A stretch of DNA of 62,037 nt, filler included, from Perkinsus olseni (lineage: Eukaryota): NCBI GenBank assembly GCA_013115125.1. It is 3 parts of 3 records of this genome, joined end to end, with 100 filler letters (N's around TTAATTAATTAA, not from the genome) between each part and the next. Parts side by side here need not be neighbours in the genome. Positions count along the whole stretch, not along the records: positions 41,509 to 62,037 come from JABANN010000574.1; 2 more parts are not named here. The stretch is one strand, 5' to 3'. The translations under genes were made by a program, and so were the position numbers. Shown here piece by piece: positions 52,098 to 62,037 of the stretch. The notes under the pieces were generated by a model that worked only from the letters and a program-made list of their open reading frames with translations, was not told where the DNA came from and searched no databases. Within the stretch, counting starts at the first letter, position 1. Each line of letters begins with the position of its first letter.

Positions 52098-55000
52098 AAC
52101 AACAAAATGGGGAACCACCCTGATCGACCACTTAGAAGTATTCAACGTCCTCGTCATTGCATGCCGATGATTGAAAGATGACCACGTCTCGTGTCAACAC
52201 AGATGGCCCTCCGAGAGAAGTCGGCCGGCGTTCTGATAACTAGCGACAGGCACGAGCTGATGAACGTCATAGCCCTTCGTAATACAAGCCTGAACGATTC
52301 CCTGCTCGGGGACAGTGCGTGCGTGCGGGAGCGGTGTCACGGTCGATGCCGGATGTTATTCGGCGTCAGCCACACGGCGAATGGCACCGCCTGTGGTTTA
52401 GCGCGGTCTGTCGCGCAGGGTATTCTTCATTATTCCACTTCCACAACCTTTGTGCATGGATTACTGTTAATGTAATACTGTAGCTGGGGCGTCCTTTCTC
52501 ATCAGCTTGGCTGGAGGTTCCAGCCAAGATCCAGCCGGGAACCCCCTGCTAGCTTCCCAGTTGTTGATGAGAGTCTATCGGAGACATGGACTTTAGGACA
52601 CCACAGGTTTCTTCGGCTGGCAGGTTGCCAGTGGCAACAGATCCCAGTGCCAAGTTTTTCAGACAGGACCAGTATTACCAACTGAGTTCAACGCGGGTAA
52701 CTCAGTGAGTTACCTTGACGGGAGCTGCTCCCGGGGAGCACTCCCAATTGATTGAAAACGAGGGGTCCCTGGACATTCATAAAAGAGTCCATATCATGAA
52801 TCACTCATGATGAGTGCAAGGGTCTAACCAGCGAGGACGCCGTCGGAGGCTGTTGCATGTGTGAATTTGAACACTGTGTGAAGGAGTGTCCTCAAAGGCA
52901 CTGAGATCGATGCGAGATATCGCCAGACTTCCGGCACGGCGGCTCCGGCGCTTCCTAGCCTCGCCACATGTCGCGCGGCGACTGCGATGATGTGACGCCA
53001 CCTCGGGTGGATAGGAGGCTCCCTTACGGAAGGATGGACTGGTCGTGGCCTTCAGCCTTTTGAACGCGTCGAGGAGCGGAGACGCACCACTGATGACAAC
53101 CTGGGACTTGAAGATGAGGGACCCGTCCGAGGATCTTCCACTTCAGAAGGAAAACCACGATGTGAGTAAGGTGCAGAGATTGCGTCTCACCGCTAAGGAT
53201 ATGCTCTTTGGCAGGTGAAGCTGGCAGCTGGGGGGATGTTAACTGGCGTGCAGGGAGAGGGCGAGACTGGTACAGGGTGAACAAACTGAGGTAGGCAGAG
53301 CGACAACTTGCCAATCAGTTTATCATGACAATGTGGTATCGTCAATATCCAAATTGCGATAGTCGTTTGTGATGTTGTAGCGCATCTTCCTGACCCGAGA
53401 TCTGCGTAACTATCATCTTCACTGCCATGGTTTATGAGCGTGATTTTGGGCCCGAACCTCAGGATTCGTTGCCTAGCCGAGCGAACTTGTCCTAGCAAGA
53501 ATAGCGACAAAGTCAGCAGAGAGAGGTGCTCGCGAATCGAATCGATTCGTATTGGACCATGTCGTTGCTTGACTATTCATGCACCTTCGCTTCTCGGAGG
53601 GCAACGCTTGGGCGGGTTGTAGTACGATTCTTCTCGCTGTTATGCGGAGAGTCTCAGCTCGTTGCATCAACCCCGGAGACAAGTCGAGTATCGTCAGAGA
53701 TCGGGCGGTCCGGTGTGCTCGTATCCGGGCACCAGGACGATCTACTACGGCGATAGGCCGACGAGGTAACAACGCACAGGCGGGACTTATGTCGGTGCGA
53801 TATCTCCCCGATGCGATGCATTCTCATAAAGCTGTCTGATGATTTCCCGGTCATCTCTTATCTTCGAACCTTGCGAATCACGTGCTCTTCGCTCGAGAAT
53901 CCACGTTCATTTGCGCACGATTTACTCGTGATGAGTAGCTCACAAGCGGTCATCGCTACCCAACTTGGGTAACCCAAGTCCCAAAACATTGACGAACATT
54001 CTCACAGTGATGTTCAACTCGCAGGTGTAGTTCGGAACAACACAGACGAGCGAGCCGCAATCTTTTCCCTGCTGAGGTAGTAGCAGCCCGCAGCGATTAC
54101 AGCGACTCAAGTTAGACTCAAGAAGAGTCACTCCAGGTTAAATCCCTATCTCCTATATCGAGTCGGTCGCGGCTCAACAGGTCAACGCTCCGCGGAAGAG
54201 TGCCCTTTAAACTGATGTTCGCTCAGATCACGGACATTGAACTCCGTCAGAGCATCACGAGGGGACCGCTCGCAAACTGCGGAAGGCTGTCATGGTAGTG
54301 TTGAATACACAAGAAGCGTCTTCCCAGCCGCTCACTGCAGGGAGGCAGCGCGGTAGAAGATCGGCCGCAGATCTGAGATCGCTTGTTCAGAATGTCCGCC
54401 AGGACCTCACCGAACAGGTAGCTTATCACGTTGGTCCTGGGTCGGCAGCCGTGGCCGTGGAACGCCAGATTCGAGCAGTGGAGAGGCGCCTCGAGGGCAT
54501 CGAGCAGGGTAGCATATCACCTTGAGTTCGGCAGGAGTGCACTGAGTAGATGACTGCTCAGACATCGGGACTGGCGGGATATCGGCGAAGGGGACCTTGA
54601 CGAGGAGCGGAGATCTGAAGGCAAATGATTTCTGCTGCGAGGAGGAAGCGCATGCCATCGACCTAGGGCGTACTCTCCAGGAACAGGAGGAGCGGGTAAA
54701 CTGCTCGTCCCAGACCGTAGTGGAGGTCTCGAGTATGATTTGTTGGCCAACCAAGCTTTGGGCATAGGTGCTCCGTCTAGTTGGTCATATGGTTGAGCAT
54801 CTGATCACAAGTGAAACACGTGAAGCTCGGATGATCAGAGAGGCGGCTGGGGTAGCGTTTGCTGGTTGCTCGCAAAGCGCGGTCCTCACCCACAGGTAGA
54901 GTCACGGTCACGTCCTCCCCAGGGCCAGCTTAAGGTAGTGACGGCGATCAGGCCCTGATCATCAGGGCTAGTCTTACCTCTCGGTACTCGTCAGAATACT

Positions 55001-55399
55001 CCCCAAAGCAGCCGTCCTGGCCATCAATTGGCCTGTGAAAGGCCATCCAGCTTGGGCGACCTACGCAAGAGTATCGATGATCTCCGTCCTCTGACTGGTA
55101 GCAACACCACGGAAGTCTGCTCGACGGCAGCAGAGACAGCTGTGAGCACTCATCTGCCCGTATGTTAGCGCCCATCGATCATCCCTTCCATCTAGATCAG
55201 GGCTCCATTCCTGAATCGAGAGACTCGCTCGGACTTCTCTCCTGATGGGGCAGTGGGCGGGGCGCACCTCAAAGGCCGTTATCCTGCTGACGGAACCCGA
55301 GTATCACAGTCGATAGTAAATGCATGGTTGGCCCCTAGGTTTTCTCTCGACTATCCACTATTATATAGTATAATTGGCCACCCTTGTGGGGCTAACACC

Positions 55400-56000
55400 G
55401 CGCCTTCGTAGTGTCGCTACCTCCCTCGCGCAGCGTGAGTGACCAGTATGACTCTAGCAATGAAAAATCGCCATCTCACGTCATCGGCAAGTGTAGCAGG
55501 CGGCAGGGCTGTCGAAAATCTCTCCGGCAGCAAGTTCCTTACTAAGGAACTTGCTGAAGGGGAGATAAGGAATCCTTGGGGATCTTTCGTGAGAGCGGGA
55601 ATATCGTTGCTATGGACGCACTGAGCGCAACTCCGAACGGCAGTGAGGTCGATCCGGTTCAATCGACATACCCCGGTTGGAGAGGCAAGATTTGTTCCCT
55701 ATGGATTGAAGATGATTTGTCGCGGCAATCATTATCCTCCGGTTGCAAAGAAATTCCAGAGGTTAGTACCCTCAGTGCTTGGAAGGTACGTTCAGTTCGG
55801 GAAGTTTTGAGAGAGGGTGTTCAGTTCTCACGAGAACACACTTGGTTAGGGCGCAGCGCCATACGCTTCCTTCAGCTTGCGGATGAGAAGGCGCCGCCGG
55901 GCGAAGATGGTGACGACACGCCGCATGAGGTGGACACTGACTTAGCGGATCTGGTAAACAAAAGCCGGCGAAACACTTCGCGATTTTATCGGTACCGGTA
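55400..56000 (+). mobile_element. possible Ty3/gypsy RNase H-integrase junction relic
   Basis: SGNIVAMDALS resembles GxxNxxADALSR. The surrounding frames are broken. Confidence 0.3.
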
Positions 56001-56568
56001 GCTGAAGATGCGCGCCCGCCTCGAGGAGCAATTGCAGTTGATGGATTCTTGATACGCGGGAAGCATGGGGGAGAGGTGATGACCATAAATCGCCGTCTCT
56101 CGACTCGTCCTGTTGTGTTCACTACGCATCCTCCAGTTCCGCTGTAGGAATCGATCCAGCTTTGACTGCCGATGAACACTAAATGCTATCGCGGAAATCC
56201 TATCATGCCCCGAGCTCGACGGTTGGTCGACGAAGAACTCTGTCCCGTTGAGGAGCGCCCACCTAGAGCATACCTAGGTAACTGAAGTAGCCTATGCGTT
56301 ATCCGAATCTGTGGCTGTGCTCAATAAAAGGTCAGCTCAACAACTCAGAAATGTTGAAACTGGACTGTATATTCCTGAGTCAGCAATGGTGACAGGAACC
56401 CACTCTCGAGACTGTCTGAGACTTGGGACGAAATTTACAGTCGGCAGTCTCAGCCTAACAGAAGCCCTTAAAAGCCCAATAATGGTATCGATGGATGAAA
56501 GAATATCAAACCCCAGTCATCGAGACGTGCAATTCCATGTCGGGCGACCATAACATCAAAGACTACGG

Positions 56569-57453
56569 CTAGATCAGATCCGCGTCGTATAGCGAACCCA
56601 AGCGGATAGAGGTCGAAGACGATACGTCGTCTGACGCCAGTACTACAATCTTCCCGGTGTGATGCTCTGCCGTTGGCAATGCTTCCTCATAAATATGCTC
56701 TCTGCAACCTCGAGCTATCCACTCGCCCCACGGGCCCAGGTTATGATCCTCAGTGTAGTTACCTCGCAGTGATAGATCGTAAGTAAGATTTGTGCTCAGC
56801 TCGAAGGTGTTACTCTTCCGTCCAAACAATGCGAATCTGGCCTCGAGCACAAATTTAATAGCAAGCGTTCTCACCATCCCCGGCGCGTAGTGAAGGCAGA
56901 GGTACGGCACTTCAGAGAGAGCTGACAGAGGGACCTTTGCTGAAATGGAGATCGTACCCTCTTCGAAGGCCGGCGAGTCTTCGAGTAACAGATGCAACAG
57001 GTCTTATTCGAAGAATAATATTCCCACCGAAGAGAGCTCCACTCCCAACCAAGGTGGACTGTTTTTAAGAGAGAGAGACAAGGAGAAGTTGACGTACTTG
57101 TCGGTGCCGGGGGGTAGGTGAAGGAAATCCGTAGGTGGATTATCCAACCATGCGGGTTCTGGGCCCGTATCAAAACTTTGTAACTCCATCTTCCATCTTG
57201 AAATACATGCTTCAATGATGTAGTTCTCCCAAATAATAAGACTGATACTGAGGAGGACGTAGAAGGCTATGCCATGCACGATGAGTGACAAAATCACACA
57301 AAACACCTTATCTACAGAGACTCCAGATCGTAAGAGACTCCTGAGTGACGATAGCGAGCTTCGTGTATGCTTGCAAGCACCAGCCTCTGCGGTAAAGCCG
57401 TAGCTGTCCCGTTTATGGGTAGTGCGATTTTGACATTGTTGGATTGTGGGCAT
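56569..57453 (-). pseudogene. paralogue 2 of the 51207-52097 gene, with one in-frame TAA
   Basis: Colinear with paralogue 1 (NYIIEACISRW, PPWLGVELSSVGI). TAA at 57004-57006 replaces a sense codon and the frame continues to 56569. Confidence 0.7.
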
Positions 57454-58349
57454 AGAAAACTGAAATCATGTCACTCTATTCCACTCGAGGACCTTTCGGC
57501 CTCAGTCATGACGGGATGTAGTGAACTTCTCGTCTCGTTGTTGTCCCTGCCTAGCGGTCCCTCTGGCATCGCAGGTGTGTTTCCCGGAGGAAACCCGGTC
57601 GCCAAAAACCCATGGCCACCCATTGGTATACCAGTCCGAAGCCTGATGAGCCTAGTGGTAACAAGACGAATGAGACGCGTCATCTGAACTGGGCGGCCCC
57701 CCAGCAGGCACACAGGTGGCACTGCCAGTGGCAGCCTGCCACAGCACATGTAATCGGAGACAATCTCCGAGGCACGGGTCGAGCACGCGTCAACGGCCTC
57801 ACCAGCTGTGGTCTGGCGTCACGGGCGACAGTGCTGTCAGTAATAACAATCTCGCCGTTTGTATCAACGACACTAAACTCGCGGTATCATCGAGTGCTAT
57901 GTGAATGATATCTTCTGGCGTAAAACCGCGGAGCTCAACGTGGATTGAACAGGGAGCGAGAGAATGCCCCCTCCTGTGTCCATATAAGACGCAAGCTATT
58001 GAGCAGCTGGGTGCTACAGCAAGCTAGACAACTGTCCCATACCAGCTACCCGGCCTTTGAATTGTGGTGCTGATTTTATGACAACGTTGTGGCGCCTATG
58101 CGCTACGCAGGAGCTGCCACCTTAATCAGTACTACTCACCTGTTGACTATCATCGCTTCAATTACCTTTTCTGCTACTGCGTATCATTAGTCTCAAGAAA
58201 ACCGTCTGACCGGCTCACTATGCGCCTTGCGTTCGCGTGCATGAGAAATATTCATTGAGTACAGTATGCGTTCTAGGCTAGAACTTGCGCTAGGCTGGTT
58301 TTCGCTTTAGAGTCTCATTATCGATCAACTCCCCTCACTGAGGGGCCCT

Positions 58350-59011
58350 GAGGGTGTCTGAGAATCTCACCTAATTTTTCCGGCCACTATATTTTCTCGG
58401 AAAGTTTCCTGAATGAACTTCTCGAACGTGAGGAAATTTCAACGCCGGAGACCTGCTTCATCATCGTGCACAGCTCCTTAAAGCGTGAGATGGGTTCCTT
58501 CGACTCTACATGTGACGTCAAGACATGTGAAGTGGGAGGAACATAGCTATGTGTTCGGCCTGGTCTGCACACTGGAGCTGCACTGGTGGATTCTCCACAA
58601 TCCATAACTACGATCTGACGACATATGATATGTCACCTAACTCAAATTTAGAAATAAGTATTCCCATGGAGAACTTTTCCGCCCAAACCAGAATGTCCAC
58701 TAACTCGCAACCCTCGCAGAAGCATTTTGGAGAGATTGAAAAGCCCCTTTTCGCAAGACCTCTGAATCCCCAGGATTACAGGCTTCGTTCCAACTACACC
58801 GAACGGAGCCCTCGGTCCCGGAGCCCTATCGGTGTTCGCGAGAGGCTCTCGCCGAGAGTCGAGAATGCCTTGGACCTGGCTCGGAGCATCCGATTCGGCA
58901 TAGATACCGTTTTTCGCAAATTTCAGGAACTCACGGAAATTTCCGGAAAATTTCCAGGAAAGATTCTTCGGAAACTTTCCACGATTTCGGGGGTACTCTT
59001 CAGACACCCTG
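58350..59011. mobile_element. degenerate non-autonomous DNA transposon, hAT-like
   Basis: Inverted termini (g)AGGGTGTCTGA / TCAGACACCCTG with GGAAA/TTTCC-rich subterminal regions. No TSD was found. Confidence 0.5.
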
Positions 59012-61399
59012 TTTGCTTTGCTGACGGCACGAAATCGCGAGCTGAAAAATCGCTTCACTGAAAATCGCTGCAAATTGACAAAATTCGCTTCACTGGTCCA
59101 TGAGCATCCTAATCCATTCATCCTATTGGACCGTCCTTGGTTAGGAGCTCCGAATTTCTTGGAAGTCCCCGAACAGCCGGCATTAGTGACTAGTTCCCCA
59201 GCACTTCTGGGACGCGAGTGCTCCTAAGCGGGTGCGGGTCACGCACTGCGTGATGTTACATCACTGATGTGCCGTGCATCACGCTTTTTCTTTCAAGTGA
59301 GTGAATTAGTAAGGCCTGTCCAGCTGTCTGCACCAGCTGGATACGCAAATTCAAACAAGGGAGGAACCATTTACGGGGAGTATAAACGAGAATGCTTTCG
59401 AGGCTCAAAATTTGGGCTCCCGCCGTGAAGTCGATGAGCCAAGGGCACTTCGGAAGAAACGTACTCATTGAGCGCTCCCAGTGCCAATGGCAATGTCCGC
59501 TAGCAATGCCAAGTGCGGTCCGATTGCATGGCGAGGAAGTTGTGATGCACGATCCCATGGAACGCATACAGAAACCTGGAGAAGCTAATCTGAATCGTGC
59601 GCTCTACCGCGGGAATCGTAGGACCTCGTAGTCTTGCTATGACTCGACCACAGGAGGAGGCTGCTGCTGCTGCTGCAATGAATGAGCGTTAGGGACTATC
59701 CATGAGAGCTATGAAACGCGCTGTTCCATCCTGTGAAAGCGCTCAGCTCTACTCCCAAAGGTGCTACCAACGCCAATGTCAAGACTACAAATTTGCGCGG
59801 CTCTAGCTGTACCAGCTAAAGGTTGCTAGGCTAGACTTCACATGATCCTCTCGGAACCCAGGCGACCAGAAGAGAGTTTCTTCAAGACACTGCAGGGTGC
59901 AATGTGCCACAGCAGAGGCTCTCAGGTTGGAAATGGCAGATGAGCATCAGGTGAGCAACAATAGCACAAGAACATGATAAGGGGCATCATCAGTAGCATA
60001 CACGGATCGTGGCAACGTGCGTTGCTTGCTTGTCAAGAGCCTCTCGAGCTTCTCCTTGAACGAGCATTCACCCGTTCTCTCATCTACTTGCGTATAACGG
60101 ATTATACGTGTGATGCATGACACGACTATGGAATCCATAGTCGTGGAATCCATAGTATGGATGTGCAGATGAGGGCCTGTATGGGAGAATAGTGGAGGCC
60201 AGCGGCAGATCACGACGAAGCATGTCTCACGTCTGTCTGCTGTGCCGGCTACGCTGACGGGACCTCGGTTGCACCTCATAATGGATTGCGTTTCCTCTGC
60301 GTTTCTGTTGGCACACACAAAATGAGATTCTCATCGTGGACGTCGTCACCCGCCGTATAAGGAATGATAGAAACTTAAAATTAGCCTTCGTGAAAGTTTC
60401 GAATCCGACGCTGGGAACCGGTTTCATCAGTCTAGCACGAATCTATCTTGGTTCGCGAGGCATCAGTCTAGGCAAGTTCGTAGAGCCCGGAATGTCGCAC
60501 TCAGACACGGGGCACGACAAACCTGAGTCAGGTTACCTGACGCACTATCTTTTTCCCGCCCCCAACAGCTGCATCAATCCCCTCTCGACTAAAACACAAG
60601 CGGTACATTAAGACGTTCTTTCCAAACTGGTTAAATGTGTGAAGGATGTTTTACATACAGCAAGGCTGGCTAAGTTGTGTGGAGTTATTCAACATGTCAG
60701 GCCTGACAAGGCGAACAAAATGAATGCTATTAGTCTCTGAACTCGCTGAGACTCACTTATTAAGGCTGACTTTAACGGGTTACTGCAGCTTTACTCCCGA
60801 GTCATCACTGATGACCCGTCATTATACAGGGGCATCGGAGGGGAATGTGCGGGCTTGGTGCAACTCGAAGGTTGAACGCGCTGGACGGATGCCCGATGAA
60901 ACGGTCCGAGAAGTTGCACTAGATGTTGATGTATGGTGCATTATACATCGGAGTGCTCCTTCTTACGGCCGGACCCTGAGAACATCCTGTGACCGAGGCC
61001 AGATTTTTCGTGCAGTGCTAGGTTGTGCAAGTTACTGTGTGGACGCACATTCTCACAGGACTTCTACTCGTGTAATGTACTTTCTCAGTCTAGCCGGGCA
61101 AGATCGAAATCAGTGGGTCACTAGGGACGTAGTTTTCCGAAGCTAAATTGCCCAATTCAAGCTTTAAGCAACTCTCGGCAATGATGGCGAGCCACAACTT
61201 ACTCCGTGCCGGAAGGACCCCCGATGAGATTGGTATCCCGCCGCTCCAGCTGATCTGTGTTGCTGATGGCGTAATAGGTTATACTCCTACACATAGGAGG
61301 ATCGTCGCAGAGCTGCTGCTGATGTTGAATACCCTTACCGTTTGTTTCCTTATATGCCTTATCTCGTCAGCTATCGTAGCTAGTTCGTGAAGTTCCTCA

Positions 61400-61680
61400 T
61401 GACTAAGGCCAGGCTCTAAGATGACATCTCCCGGCACCGATTGGCAATCCGAAGTGTCCGTGGGAGCGCCAGCCTGATCAGCTAGCTCGCATAACCGCTG
61501 CACTAGGTCTCTTTTGCCACCTGAGTTCAAGTGAGTCGTCGGAGACTGTCGCGACGCGGCGTATCTTACCGTCGGAGGCAATGCCCTTCTGTCTGCAAAG
61601 TGTACGCAATTGTCCCACGCGCATGGCCCCGAACTGTTGATGAAGGTCAGCCATTGGAGTATTGAAGTACTTCTGCAGCA
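61400..61680 (-). pseudogene. tandem SAP-domain relic, possibly retroelement-derived
   Basis: MRVGQLRTLCRQKGIASDG and, in another frame, LNSGGKRDLVQRL match the SAP consensus. Confidence 0.45.
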
Positions 61681-62037
61681 AGCACTCTTCGTGAAGGCTG
61701 GTGAAGGCGAAAGCGGACGTACGTGATGGCGTTGAGGAAATGCAAGAGAGCAAGCGTTTACTACGACGGACGTTCCGTTAAAAGATGACTCCTTCAATTG
61801 ATGAGGGTATCTCTTCGGTTGAAGTCCAGATCGGATGAGGAAAGTCGAGTTCGAACTTTTCAGCTCGTTGTGGACTACTTTGGCGTAAGGGTTACATGCT
61901 GACGAACTAATCGATCAGGCGGGGACTGATTTAGGGCGAGCGAGATTGTCATACTCGTTGTGTGGGCTACATCGAATCTCGACAACCTGTGTTGTCGAAA
62001 ACGCGCTGTCCAGATGAAGTTGACGCATACTATTGGC

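Noticed and set aside
57004-57006. TAA as stop-codon reassignment or programmed readthrough
   Set aside because: TAA terminates eIF5A, the Kelch gene and the RRM gene in this window, and no recoding signal was seen.
1-62037. Spliced-leader RNA gene or SL relic (ACCGTAGCCATYTTGGCTCAAG)
   Set aside because: No convincing match was found by eye on either strand. A computational scan would be needed to exclude it fully.

Overview
This is a eukaryotic, intron-dense window of roughly 50% GC with very short introns. The gene structure and protein families suggest an alveolate such as Perkinsus (inference). It is a scaffold with two 100-nt artificial gap linkers. Supported genes are a GNAT/coiled-coil/thioredoxin-like protein, a kinesin-2 motor, a Kelch protein, tRNA-Phe, three tRNA-His copies interleaved with two MAPEG genes and a MAPEG relic, a CUE/LRR protein, eIF5A, a truncated-haemoglobin-like protein, a two-RRM hnRNP-like protein and a pair of single-TM paralogues. 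Most other sequence is decayed LINE, Ty3/gypsy, Penelope-like, Tc1 and hAT material. Two signals are missed by the ORF track. (1) A 270-aa membrane selenoprotein at 45744-46556 (-) has two in-frame UGA codons (CxxU and UC) and a canonical SECIS. (2) At least 8 exact and about 6 near-exact copies of a sequence-independent 22-bp scar occur, with the form N1-7 + revcomp(N1-8) + N2-8. This fits hAT excision hairpins rejoined through 8-nt microhomology, and an intact hAT-type MITE with an 8-bp TSD is also present. All family assignments come from motif recognition by eye; no database searches were run.
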